Shown here: piece by piece, positions 24,385 to 37,233 of the stretch
Layout of the letters: each line of letters begins with the position of its first letter
How positions within the stretch are numbered: the stretch's first letter is position 1
Source: Octopus bimaculoides
Taxonomy: Eukaryota
Assembly: GCF_001194135.2 (NCBI RefSeq)
Contig: NC_068982.1
Span: 61,012,838 to 61,076,837 of the forward strand
DNA length: 64,000 nucleotides
Direction: 5' to 3'
The notes under the pieces: generated by a model
What the model was told of the DNA's origin: nothing
What the model saw: only the letters and a program-made list of their open reading frames with translations
Database searches by the model: none
Position numbers and translations under genes: made by a program

Positions 24385-24705
24385 AGACAAAACAGTTTTT
24401 CTGATCCCCAACACCTGGCTTAAAGTCACCTCTTCCCCATCGCACCTCTTGAATACCTCCACATACACACTTGGCCGAGGAGGCCTTTTTCCTTTTACCT
24501 TTTCTTGCAAGTTACTGGACAACCTCACTAGTGCCAGTGGCATGCAAGGAATCACTCAGTACACACTGTAAAGGGGTTGGCATTAGGAAGGGCATCCAGA
24601 CATAGAAGCCATGCCAAGTTGACAATGGAGTACGACACAGCCTAGTGGCTTGCAAGATCCTGTCAAACTATCCAGCCCATGCCAACATCGAAAAGACAGA
24701 CGTTA

Positions 24706-24755
<50 letters not shown>

Positions 24756-24786
24756 GAAGGAGGAGGAGGAGGAGGAGGAGGAGGAG
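24385..24786 (+). mobile_element. Element ending in the RTE-derived tail plus (GAT)n(GAG)n
   Basis: ttggcattaggaagggcatccag...cccatgccaacatcgaaaagacagacgttag(atg)n(gag)n. Confidence 0.6.
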
Positions 24787-24829
24787 ATACGGAATAGTTT
24801 AAAATATGATACACTTTAAAATGGTCTGT

Positions 24830-25030
24830 TGTTGTTGTTTAACCCAGATTAGCCCTGATTAAGTAGTTTCATCGCCAGAAGCATTCCAACTATGACCCTC
24901 TCATCCTTTACTTTTCTATATCAAGGAATACATTGTACAATATTTCCCTCCATTTTCAAGAGAACAGGGTGTAATTTCAGAGAATTTTGGCAACTGTTTC
25001 TAGCAGTTTGAGCAACTGCATAAAGGCTCT
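24830..25030 (+). repeat. Dispersed repeat family (gttgtttaacccag...gcagttgagcaac), unclassified
   Basis: Similar segments at ~4630-4760, 7330-7690, 8400-8500(-), 26490-26640(-), 34950-35145(-), 35275-35400, 38810-39020(-), 55390-55590. Confidence 0.6.
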
Positions 25031-25591
25031 GCATTTGGTTCAATTTCTCATGGCTTTTACAGTAACGTGTGAGACAGATTGATGAATCAGTGTGGGAATC
25101 AGATAAAACAGGGTCACCACCAATAGAGTTTCAGATAATCTTTGGTTCAGAGTCAAGAGATTTGTACAAAGTAAATGTTGGTAATGTGGAGTTAAGATCT
25201 TTGAAAGCCAATAACTGAGGAGATAACATGGGTGGTTCCAAGAGATGCTGAGTAGATCATGATGAATGAGAGAGAGAGAGAGAGAGAGACTGAATGGAAC
25301 ATCGAAATACACCTGAGTTGATTAGATGAGCATTCCAGACTGGGTGGCTACCTTCAAGGTAGCTTTTGATGACTTTACTAAAAAGGTCCAATGGTGGGGA
25401 CAGGGGAAGACTGATAATGGTTTTTTTTGACCAAATTTGCAATGATTATAGCAAAGCATATTAACCAGAGAAGGTTGTTATACAGTTTTGAGCTACACAT
25501 GTTACGTCAGCATGGAACAAGTGTAAAAACTGGCAGTGATGATAAAATATAATACTTTATTACTATAGTAACAAATACAGTTGTCATCTTC

Positions 25592-25638
<47 letters not shown>

Positions 25639-25984
25639 TATATAGCACTCCTCCAGACAGGCACATATCCATAAATTCTTTCTATTTGATTAGTTTATCA
25701 ATATATTAACAGATCTGATTGATAATCAATTTGTTATCTTGTTGGCCTTTATTTCAAGTATGCCTGTTCCTCTCACCCAAAATTAAACTTTGGTAATCTT
25801 TAGTTGTTTGGTATTTTTCCAATATTTTTATTGTATTGTATTGACAATTTTCTATATCAGATGACCTATCTGCAAGCAAAATATTAGAACTACAAATATT
25901 ACACATCCTGCTAGTTCGATTTCATTTTGAAAAGCACTTTTGTTGTTGCCTTTGTTCTTTTTTTTGTTTCTTTTCTGGTATCCC

Positions 25985-26350
25985 AGCTTTGAGATACATG
26001 AGAAGCATCTGGATCAATACAGCAATAGCTGTGGTTACAGAAACTGTGCTCGACTGTTTGATTTTAACTTTAATAATCTTCATCCTACAATAAAGTACTA
26101 AAAATGTCAAAATCATGCTCCACCACCACCACCACCACCACCACCACCACCCACAGTAAAACTTAAAACATTCAAAGGCTTTTGTAAAATGGAATTGTCC
26201 AGGACTTTGTTTACAGAATAAAAAGCCAAACTGTATCACAATGGATATCTTCAGTTCTTGGTCCATTGTCAAGTTGTGGATTCTCAGATTCTCATTTGAC
26301 ATTGCTATAATGACCTCTATTTCAATGAAATTGCTTATTTTAACCACATT
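25985..26350 (+). pseudogene. Possible highly degenerate PLE RT fragment
   Basis: Shifted frames give LRYMRSIW, NFNNLHPTIKY, NGIVQDFVYRIK and HCYNDLYFNEIAY in the order of PLE RT motifs (RYxDD, NxxHPxIKF, VYRKPT, ICS..F..E). Interrupted by (CAC)n. Confidence 0.3.
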
Positions 26351-27020
26351 ACAATTTTTCTCCCATTTTTCTTCTATTCCTTTTGTCCATTCTCCTTGTC
26401 TTTGAGAAATAAGTAACCAGATATGATTATGGAACAAGTTCTCTCGAACCCAGTTCCATAAGTGTTTCCTTCCAAGGATGCACTTATGTGGTTGCTTGAC
26501 TAGCAAGGAATAGCAGCCAAATCTCTCTCAAATCACACCTTACAGCCTAAAAGAAGGATACGATAATTAGACAATATATCCCTGTAATCTCTTAAATGAC
26601 AGAATGGTCATGGTCAGAGTGCTCTGAACTGACTTGGAGCTAAATATCAATGATTTTAGTGAAAACCTTCAATCTCTATCCTGTTTCTGCCCTTTACACC
26701 TTACTGCACCTATTTTTCTTTCACTTAGTCTATTTCCTCAAAAGTTCAAAGTAAGCATGCAGCACACCTCTCTCATGTGTCTTACAGAACTCACTTCCCT
26801 TCAAATGAAGCAAAATTACTTTAACCATATAGCATTTAAATTTTTCTCTCATATGTAATGTTTCTTCATTCATATTGTTTTCAATTAATCATGCATTATC
26901 TTGTAGATTCTAGATTTTGAAGATGTGATTGTTTGTTTTTAAAATAACATTGTAAGGTAGGTATGGGAAGCTAGACCTGGACAGTTTCAACATAAAACAA
27001 GGTAGAATATTTGGGCTAGG

Positions 27021-27437
27021 TATTACTTGTTTCAGTCATTAGACTGCTGCCATGCTGGGGCACCATCCTTAAGAATTTTTAGTCAAATGTACTGACCCCA
27101 GGACTTATATTTTAAAGTCTGTTACTTATTTTATCAGTTTCTTTTGCCAAAACTACTAAGTTACAGAAACGTAAACACACCAGTACTAGTTGTCAAGTAA
27201 TAGTAGGGGGAACAAACACACACACAAACACACACACACACACATATATATATACATAGACATATATATGACAGGCTTCTATCAGTTTCCATCTACCAAA
27301 TCCATTCACAAGGCATTGGTTGGCCTGAGGCTAGAGTAGAAGGTACTTGCTCAAGATGCCACACACACACACAGTGGGACTGAACCCAAAGTCATGTGGT
27401 TGGGAAGCAAGTTTCTTACCACACAGCCACGCCTGCA
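27021..27437 (-). mobile_element. Composite SINE: tRNA-like head, internal (CA)n(TA)n, 3' tail
   Basis: Minus head gcaggcgtggctgtgtggtaagaaacttgcttcccaac...ttgggttcagtccc; tail ...ccccagcatggcagcagtctaatgactgaaacaagt. Other copies at ~30850-31160, 31745-31805 + 32070-32310(+), 41655-42035, 48480-48640, 53405-54223, 60895-61065. Confidence 0.85.
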
Positions 27438-27594
27438 TAACCTTTCCTGTAACTAAAACAATGCCCTTCATACTATAGTTTTCTGTTTTGAAGATAATCT
27501 TTGCTAGTGTTCAAATATACAATGTTGGAAATTGAAACATGAATCATAAATGCTTATTGAAAACAGTCTTGTAATAAGCTTACAGAATTCAGAT

Positions 27595-27920
27595 CAGTAG
27601 TTCTCAACCATATTTCATCTATGGACCCCTTTGATTACTATTCTATTCAGGTGACCTCCAGAACCATTCAATGTTTAAAAACTAGTTTTACAAATGCTCC
27701 TTTTTTGTTTTTCTTAATTGACTTGTGTAGGTTGGACAATGTAAAATGTTAGAGAAAGAAATCTTGCTGTTTCTAGCAATAAATACATCGAAAGCAAAAT
27801 TTTTTCCCGGCCCTTAATATACTACTGTGGGTCCCCTATTTACTATTTTGTTCACATGGACCCCTTTAAAATCTTATATGGACCAACAGGGATCATATAA
27901 ACCCCAGTTGAGAACCACTG
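27595..27920. mobile_element. hAT (Charlie/MER5-like) MITE
   Basis: TIRs cagtagttctcaac / gttgagaaccactg; imperfect 8-bp TSD attcagat / atatagat (6/8). Confidence 0.75.
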
Positions 27921-29111
27921 ATATAGATAAATAATTTCACTTCAGGCATTACTGGTGAAAATCTTATTCGTGTTCTTAACTATCTTTAATAGTTTAAACT
28001 GCTTTATATGCCCATACATAAACAGCTTTTCCTTTCTGTACTTGAATATTTTCATAAGAAGTCTGAAGGTTTGCTCATTATGGAGTATCATTACTAATTC
28101 ATTCATTTAGTAATTACACAAATATTATTTCAAACAATAATCTTTTCTGCATTGATCAGATGTCTGTGTGATGATCTGCAAATGGATTCCTTTATAAAAA
28201 GAAATAAAAAGTATTTTGTCTTTTTGAGAAAGAATAAAGTAGCACTGAACACATAAGATTTTTTTGATTTGTTATTTTTAGACAGAGAGGACTGTTGAGT
28301 ATATTTCAAGGTAAAATTATGACACTTGCACAGAACAAAAAATAAAATAGTGACAGATATGGTGACTGGGAAAACTAATGTGAAAATAAGTATTGCCAAA
28401 TTAACTGGATGTGATGACATTAAATTGACTAGATATAACATCATTACTTTTAAAAAGGAAAACTTTTTCCAAAGAATTCTCATCATGGCATACAGTTATC
28501 AGTAAAAGCAGAAGTGAAGAGATATAAAACAAGTAAAATAAATCCTTTTAACATTACTAACTAACTGAAAAAAAAAAATGAAAGATAAAAGTACTTTTCA
28601 AATATTTAACTTAAATTTTGTTGAGATTACCAAAAACTAGGATATAAAAAGAAGTAAATAAAGAACAATTATTGTATTGTGAAGAAAGACACACACATCA
28701 GACATATTTAAGATGACAAGCACTTCATAATCAATACTTTGAGACAATTCAAATACCCTTGAATTTAGATGGAAGACTTTTCATTTGTTGACAGGTAATT
28801 CAACTAAAAATAGTCATTAAGAATACCTGAATCCATCGCTGTCATTTGAAGCGTGGAAAATAGTCCTGCAATGAATACATTTCCTGTTAGATTTCAGAAA
28901 AGAAGTTGCTTTTATTAATGTTGTCAGTTCCTACAGATAGTTTGACACTTGCTGAAAGTTTGTCTTGACACTTTTGAGAAACAGCTTGACATAAATTTAA
29001 AACTCAAGATTGTAAAGTGTTTGTGCACAAGAATGAATGTGCTGCATGCATGTACATCAGTAAGGTTTTAATATATGTCAGATGTAATAAATATCAAGAA
29101 AAATGAGATTC

Positions 29112-29159
<48 letters not shown>

Positions 29160-29557
29160 ATATATAAAAAAGACATTAGAAGAAATAATTTACAATCAAA
29201 TGGTAAACAGTGTTTTATAATTTAGATGAAACATAAATGTATACAGTAAGGTCTAAAACAGGTAGAATATATGACAGGATGTAATCAATATTTTGATAAA
29301 TATTTTCTCAAAAAGAATAAATAAATAACAATAATAATAATAATAATGAATGTTAGAAATTTTTTAAATCTCTAATTCTTCAATATTCAAATTCACATTC
29401 TCATAGAAATTTAAGAATGAGAATATTCTAAATTTCTTTCTCTACTTTGGAAACAATTTTCATTTTCTTTGAAAAAATTTTGTCCTGAATTTGTTGGAAG
29501 GAGAATTCTATTGACTATATCGTCTTAATATGTATATATATTTATATATATATATAT

Positions 29558-29655
29558 AAATAAAAAAATAAAAAAGGGGTTTGTATGATAGTGTATAGAA
29601 GAATATATTATTTAAAAGAGTTCCAACTCTGTCTGACAGAGTCTGAACTCTTTTA

Positions 29656-29694
<39 letters not shown>

Positions 29695-29812
29695 AAAATA
29701 AAAAAGGGGTTTGTATGATAGTGTATAGAAGAATATATTATTTAAAAGAGTTCCAACTCTGTCTGACAGAGTCTGAACTCTTTTAAATAATATATATATA
29801 TATATATATATT
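29558..29812. repeat. Exact tandem duplication (130-bp period), each unit with a 63-bp palindrome
   Basis: aaaaaggggt at 29571 and 29701. Hairpins at 29603-29665 and 29733-29795 (21-bp outer stem + 8-bp inner stem); units are separated by (TA)n. Confidence 0.9.
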
Positions 29813-30324
29813 TAAAGGGGATGAAGTTTGAGGAGATTTTATTACTCACTCAACCTCCTACACATCAAGTAATTTACTCCTAAATTATTATCACCTTTAA
29901 TATTAAGGTCACATACAAGGCAGCAACATGACAGTATTGTTAGCATGCTGGGCAGAATGCTTAGCAACATTTTGTCCATCTTTACATTCTGAGTTCAAAT
30001 TCCACTGAGACTGACTTTCATGCTTACAGAGTCAATAAAATAAGTAACAGTTGATCGTTGGGATTGATGTAATCAATTTACCCCCTCCTCTGGCTTTGTG
30101 CCACATGTTAGTCATATGCTAGTCCAGAGATCTATTATCAAGAAATAAATAAGGTAGTACAAAACCCAGAATTCTAGATTTTTAAATTGGAACAATGGCA
30201 GTGTAGTTGTTTTACTAACAAGAACCAGAGTATAGAATTGAAGAGCGGCTTTGAGGGATATCATTCTGAATATGAACCCTACCATGTTGATTTATCACTG
30301 TTTCATCTGCTTTATTTACATATT

Positions 30325-30760
30325 TCATCATCATCATCATTTAATGTCCGTTTTCCATGCTGGCATGGTTTGGGCAGTTTGACAGGGGACTGAGAAGCCA
30401 GGAGGCTGCACCTGGCATCAATCTGATCTGGCAGTGTTTCTACAGCTGGCTGCCCTTCCTAACACCAACCACTCCGAGAGTGTAGTGGGTGCTTTTTACG
30501 TGCCACCGACAAAGGGGCCGGAGGAGCTGGCATCAACCACAATCGGATAGTGCTTTTTACGTGCCACCAGCAAGGAAGCCAGTCAAAACAGCACAGGCAT
30601 CGACCACATTCGAATGGTGCTTTTTACATGCTACCGGCACGGGGGGTCACAACTACAATTTCTATTTGATTTGATTTTGATATTTATGTTGATGTACTTG
30701 ACTCAATAGGTCTTCTCAAGCATGGCATGACACCCTACGATCCAAGGTACTCTTGAGTGG
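30325..30760 (-). mobile_element. RTE-derived 3' UTR/tail, minus strand
   Basis: (cat)n ttaatgtccgttttccatgctggcatggtttgg...gcccttcctaacaccaaccactcc, followed by repeated gtgctttttacgtgccacc units. Confidence 0.75.
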
Positions 30761-31804
30761 GCTGGTTATGCGACACTGGTGTAGGTTACAGCTGTGAACT
30801 CACTTTATTTGCCGATAATTTATCATTTCATCTATTTTATTTATTATCTTTTATCATTGAACAAAACAACTCCAGTACTTATGTTTTTAAAAGTCTGATG
30901 ACTTTTGCTGAACTTTCAAGTTACGGAGATGTAAACAAACCAACAATGGTTGTCAAGCAGTGGTGGAAGGACAAATACAAACACACACACACACACACAC
31001 AGAACAGATTTTCACACAGTTTCTGTCAAATTCATTTTCAAGGCATTGATCAGTCAAAAGTTATTGTCAAAGACACTTGTCCAAGGTGTCATGCAGTGAA
31101 ACTGAACCCAAAACCACATGGTTGCAAAGGAGGCTTTTTAACGATACAGCCATGCCCACATCTCAATTAGTATTTGATTTATTTTTGTTTTATCTTTTAT
31201 ATTTACTTTCTATGATAATAGGGTGGTAAGTTTTTTTTGTTTGTGTAACTGTTTTTCTATGTCCTAACTGTGGAGGTACATAGCTTAGTGGTTAAGGTGT
31301 TGGATTCACAACCATAAGATTGTGGTTTCGATCCCTGGACCAGGCAATCTGTTGTGTACTTGCTGTACACTTCATTTCATATTGCTCCATTCTACTCAGC
31401 TGGCAAAAATGAGTTTAGCCTGGAGAGGGGTGGGCTCCACCAGGCTTTCTTGCCCTAGACACTGCATGGCTGCAGTGCCCTAACAATCCCTAAGGGGTTA
31501 AGAGACTTGCCAATTGTCAATGTATGTCCTAACTACAACTAACCTATGTAATGAGAGTGTACCCTCTTTTTTCCAAGTCAGCAAGTCAAATAAAAAAAAT
31601 ATAAAACCTTTAGTCAGACACACTGTACACTGACTTTTGTCAGACAAACTAGAGAAAAAAATCTTATTACATTTAGATTGATAAAATAATAATCATAGGT
31701 CTTATAAGTGAAAATTGGCTTTTTATAATTTATGAATAACAACAGGCACAGGTGTGGTTGTGTGATAAGAAGCTTGCTTCCCAACCATATGGCTCCAGGT
31801 TCAG

Positions 31805-32058
31805 TGTGGTACGTAAAATACACCATTTTGAGCGTGGCCATTGCCAGTACCACCTGACTGGCCCTCGTGCCGGTGGCACGTAAAAGCACCCACTACACTC
31901 TCAGAGTGGTTGGCATTAGGAAGGGCATCTAGCTGTAGAAACTCTGCCAAATCAGATTGGAGCCTGGTGCAGCCATCCAGTTCGCCAGTCCTCAGTCAAA
32001 TCGTCCAACCTATGCTAGCATGGAAGGCGGACGTTAAACGATGATGATGATGATGATG
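31805..32058 (+). mobile_element. RTE-derived tail inserted in/fused to a composite SINE
   Basis: SINE head 31745-31805, then caccattttgagcgtgg...gttaaac(gat)n, then the SINE tail resumes at ~32070-32310. Confidence 0.7.
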
Positions 32059-32395
32059 ATATATATATATATTTGTGTGTGTATACCTTTGTGTCTGTGT
32101 TTGTCCCCACCATCAGCGCTTGACAGCTCGGCAATTGGTGTTGGTATGTTTACATTCCTGTAACTTAGCAGTTCAGCAAAAGAAACTGATAGAATAAGTA
32201 CTAAGCTCAGAAACTTAAGTCCTGGGTTCAATTTGTTCAGCTAAAACCCTTCAAGGTGGTGCTCCAGCATAGTCACAGTTAAATGACTAAAGCAAGTAAA
32301 AGAATAAAAGAAAACAATATATGTCTAACAATTTTTTTTTTACTTTATTTCATGAAAATTCTTGCACAAAAAAAGATAAAAAATGATTGTGGAAA

Positions 32396-32523
32396 TCATG
32401 AGGAAGGTTCAGATTCTGCAGAGTCTTTGGTGGCATTCTTTTCTGCTTCTTCTTGCTCCTTTTTCCGTCGGGATGCAGCTGATATCACAGATCTTGGATG
32501 TATTGGTAAAAAACCACTCAAGC
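32396..32523 (-). CDS. Putative terminal coding exon of an unidentified gene (xLSGFLPIHPRSVISAASRRKKEQEEAEKNATKDSAESEPSS*)
   Basis: Strong minus-strand acceptor ctttactttgacattttatttcctcttAG (AG at 32525-32524). Phase-1 open frame of 41 codons to TGA (32398-32396); AATAAA about 47 nt downstream (32349-32344); protein-like composition. No upstream exon could be linked with confidence. Confidence 0.5.
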
Positions 32524-34318
32524 CTAAGAGGAAATAAAATGTCAAAGTAAAGATTACTTGGTATAATAATTTTCAAAAAATTGAAAGGAAAAACATTTTG
32601 CATTATAACTATTTTTGAGAAAGCAAGTTTTTTACTATTCTAAGTCGTTATTACAAAAGTCTTTTTTATAGTCTACAGTTGTTTTAGGCACATAATGATA
32701 TACGATATAGTCTCAAAGTCTGATTTTTAACTCTTCCTTAAGCATATGTTGAATTCCATAGATAACACGAGTAGAAGTCAACTAAGTGGCATATATTCAG
32801 CCTTATACATCAGTTAATTTTTTCCAAATTTAACTTCTTGTTTCAACAGTTATTTGAGCAATTTCACACATTTATCACTACATTTAGCTAAGAATGACTA
32901 GAATTGTTGACAGAAAACCTTTAAACCTGATTTCAAAAGGAAATTTTAAATCCTATCATTTTACATGTGACAAAAAAAACAAAAAAACATAAGGCAAAAT
33001 AGTATCATTTTATTTCGTTTGGGATTTTTTCTAACTGGTTCAACTAGGTCAAATTAACGGCAAAATACATGATTAATATAAATGAACATTAGAAGATATA
33101 TTCATAGAATTGCATCATAGTCCTCAGCAAAATTATGCATAAAATTACAAAGAGTAAATTTCATACAACATTTATCATAGAAATTTGTAAAATGCCATCA
33201 AGATATCTCTTTGTAAATTTCTCTCAAACACAACTTAATAACTTTTGAATGCTTTGAGATTGAAAATATTATAAACTGGGTTATTTTAAATTAATTTGGG
33301 AATTAAACTATTCCTTTTTAAAGAAATCTTTTTCGATCACCAGTATTAAGATTAGAAGCGAAGCTGTCATCTGATATCATTTAAGAAAATCAATATCCTA
33401 ACAGTAATAACTACTTTTTAACATCACTTAAAAGGAGGCAATATTGTTAGTATGAATGGGTGGAAGTTGTGAACCAATCACTGTTATAGTTTCATATCAA
33501 CAGATACAGTAGAATTACTGTGTCTGTTGGGCTTTAAATATAATGCGCCATAATGGTAATTGGTGGAATAACATTATATTTTTTACAGTTTAACTCCGTT
33601 GTAGCTAAAAACTGTAAAATGCTGAAGCAGGAGAACATCCTGTTCAAAAGAATTGATTTTTACTTGGTTCTTTTTAAATAATTAAATGGGCAAAGATTTA
33701 AAATGATGAAATAAGTTTTAATAATTTGTTCCAGTGAAATAAGTTGTGGATGTCTACCAGGAAACTAACTCTGTCTCTTGCCTCTCCGACTGACTAGCAA
33801 TCTGAAATAAAGCACATACTGATGTTGACAAAGGAGTTAGTTATGGGATTATTATCATTATTATGTTATTTTATTGGTTATATTTCCACAAAACTGGTAT
33901 TTAGTCTTCTAAAATTTACTCAACTAGTTTACAAAAGAAACAAAAAATAAATAACAAACTCAATTTCAGGGAAATTTTTGAAAATAATTGTCTCTAACTA
34001 GTCATGAAATTCTATTGATTCTCTTTGTTTTCTTACCCAAGGTGCACAAACAGAGAAGCAACAAATTAAACACACAGAAACACTTTTACATTGTGTGTTT
34101 GTTGAAAGTGGACATTGTTTTGTCAGGTAGGGGGCATTTTCATAGTCTGTAATAGAATGAGTAATAGAATAAAGTGTACATAGCTGTTGGTGTACTTCAG
34201 ATTGGCGATGGTGGTGGTGGTGGTGGTGGTGATATCATTTATATTATTGGTTGTTTTGCTTGAGATATTTACTGGAGATGTTATAGTGGTGATCCTAGTA
34301 CAACACTAGCTACAGTTA

Positions 34319-34549
34319 ATGATTGATGGGGTTGATAATGACGATGACGACGATGACAATGATGTTGCTGATGATAGCATTATTAGTTGTGGTGCCATTG
34401 ACATGGCGAGGAGTAATTTTGTGGTTGCTTGTGGTTATTTTTTTATTGGTGCTGCTGCTATTGCTGCTGCAGTTATTGCTGTTGTTGCTGCTGCTGCTGA
34501 TGATGATGATGACAACGATGACTATGATGATGCCAGGACTTATCATTGA
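34319..34549. repeat. Mosaic trinucleotide low-complexity tract
   Basis: Mixed GAT/GAC/GCT/GTT runs produce overlapping homopolymeric ORFs on both strands. Confidence 0.85.
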
Positions 34550-36379
34550 TGACTAATCTTTTGGATATCCTTAGTTATTAATCTCTGAGTGTTTCAGTAT
34601 AAATAACCCCCACCAAAACCACCACCACCACCTCACCCCAACTTGTTTGGAATAGAATGAAAAGCTTGAATACTTTGACTTTTCAAAAACCTGGCCTGGA
34701 AATATTGATACACACTCAGTGCTTATTGTTTTAGTTTATCTAGAATACCAATCAGCTGCAGGAGTGAATTGAAATTTTTTTTTTCACATGTTTGTTGATA
34801 ACACAAAAGCTATTGATATATTGCTGCAAACCAAATGAGATGCTAATTTTCATTATTTTCTCTGTAAAATTCTCTTTTAATAAAATACTTTCGTTCTGTT
34901 TAAGATATCAGTAACTCGCTCCAAGTGCAACAAATCTTGCTGAATGATAGGCTAACAAGGACAGGGAGGCTGCTATGTAGTAGCTCAACAGGCTAGAAAT
35001 AAGAGCCAACTTTCCTCAAATCACCATCTTGATAAAGGAGGCTGGACAATGCAGTATTGGATTTAGAAAAAGAAGGGATGGTCACAGATGGAATGCCGCT
35101 AATTATATTTTTGTTCAATCAAGAATGACCAAGGTAAGACAACAATAATCTTGGTGGGTGATGCGGATGTATATATTACTGATAGAAGTATGATATTGAA
35201 GTTATTATTCATTGGCCAAACTTTCAAATAGAAATTATTTCTTTGAACAGAACAACTGGGAAATACCATTCAGTTATTGTTTAGCTTGAGGTCAACCCAT
35301 TTAACAAGCCTTTGATCAGAGGTGTTACAACTGTAACAGTCTTATCTTTGTTTTCAGGTATAGCATATCTAAAACTATATCGTCTAATGTGTCCTTTTAT
35401 TTAAGCCAATAGTGCATCATTTCACTGTTTCCCCTCTACCAAAGTGCTCCCAATGGGATTGGTTGGCCCATAGCTAAAATAGAAAACATCTGTCTGAAGT
35501 ATTGCACAGTGAGACTGAACTGGAAACCACGTAGCTGCCAAGCAAGAGTCTCAACCACACAACCATATTTTCTTTTAAAATTTTATAAGATGATGTATTT
35601 TATAATGTAAAGAATTTTAAAATGGATCATGTTTCTAAATAAAAAATCAAAATAATATAAATTTTATTAATATCATGTCAACTGCTGGTAACAGTTGACG
35701 TTTTTGAAGAAATACTTTGATCATTCATCTAAACTTTTGATGTTTAGCTTATTTTCTTTGTTTGTTTTTTTTTTATGTTAAATATATTTTCCTTGATTGA
35801 GATATTTTACATCTCGGTTACCATGCTTTTACAATGCCCTCATGTTGCATTAGAAAACCAACAGAAATTTTTCTCCAGTGATAAAGGATAAAGATCCTTA
35901 CCAAGTCATATAGACTTATAAAGCCAGTTTCTCACTTTCCATGGCAAATAACATTTTCCCCGCCTAGACAGAATGCCAGTCCATCACTGGAAATACGCGT
36001 TTTTGTCAGCTGAGTAAACTGAAACAACATCAAATGAAGTGTTTTGCTCAAGAACACAAAGTATTGTCTAGTCCAGGAACTGAAATCACAATCTTATGAT
36101 CATGACTCCAACATCCTAACCACTAAGCCATATACCTCCACTTTCTCCTATGAAAGTTAAAGGTAATTAACCAAAGGTTTTAACAGATGTAATTCTAGGA
36201 ATGCTAAAGAACAAGCTTTCAGCAATGCAAACTATTTATTTTGTTTCTGCCTTCAAATTAACTTTTAACTTGATATGACTTCTCTTAACAATCTCGCATT
36301 CATAATATATTTAAGAATTGCTTCCCAAAGACTACAATTTCTCTTCTGAGCTCAAAAATACTTCAGTCCCAAACAATTG

Positions 36380-36700
36380 CTGATTTCCTACTTAGTTCAA
36401 ATGAGACCAATGATAGAATACTGACTCAACATCTGGCACAGTACTGTTACTGCCATGCAAAAACATCTTTAGACTGCATTGTAATGAAAACCATCTCAAT
36501 GATCGGCAAGGAGTCACTACTTAACATACGTTAATCTCTGGCTTACAAAAATTTGCTGTCCTTACTCTACATCTCTTATAACCCCTTAAATGACCTCCAC
36601 TCTTCAGAGCTATCTCGTTGTATATCATCTTCACTGAAGCTCACCTGACATATCTGTCTCTTCTAACACATTATGTGTCTAACCTCTACACCCAATTATT
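36380..36700 (+). pseudogene. Possible very old LINE RT fragment
   Basis: Shifted frames NHLNDRQGV, ISGLQKFAVL, LNDL and IIFTEAHLTY fall in the order of LINE RT motifs (LxxRxQxV, SGVPQGSVL, NDL, YADD); weak. Confidence 0.25.
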
Positions 36701-37194
36701 CCTTCCTATAATGTCAACCCTTTGTAATACCTTTCAAATATTTATTGACTGGCAGACATTCAAACTGAATATCAAGCATATCAATCTCACATATTTCACA
36801 CAACTTACAAAGATCATATGCACAGTTCCCTCTCAACTAACACCATAATACATGTGAGTGTAAGCTGTTGTTGCAAGGAAAGTAAATATTTACTTAAATT
36901 TTACTAGAATATAATTTATATATACATATTTTCATATTCAATATTCTTTGATGATCTTAAAAAAATTCTGCTATTTATAGTATTTATAGTATTTAGAGGC
37001 TTGGAACTAACACTGGCTTTAAAATGTCAAAATATCTTGTCTGAAAAAGTAGCAAGACGAAGGAGTATTTAAGATGTAACTTGGGATTGAACTTGTTTCC
37101 ATTTCTTTAATATTTAATGATTTGCTACATACACAACAGTGTGCTGAAACCAAAATTTGTTGCTCTGATCAGTTTTTTGCCAGGAAAAAAGAGG

Positions 37195-37233
<39 letters not shown>

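Noticed and set aside
28829-28867. 39-nt minus-strand AG...GT segment (could read MTAMDS)
   Set aside because: Too short to distinguish from chance, and no linked exons could be supported.
32283-32537. Plus-strand 84-aa ORF
   Set aside because: Starts inside a SINE tail and is the antisense shadow of the putative minus-strand exon.
34316-34556. Three overlapping ORFs with poly-D/A/L/M/I tracts
   Set aside because: A trinucleotide mosaic is open in several frames on both strands; no splice or homology support.
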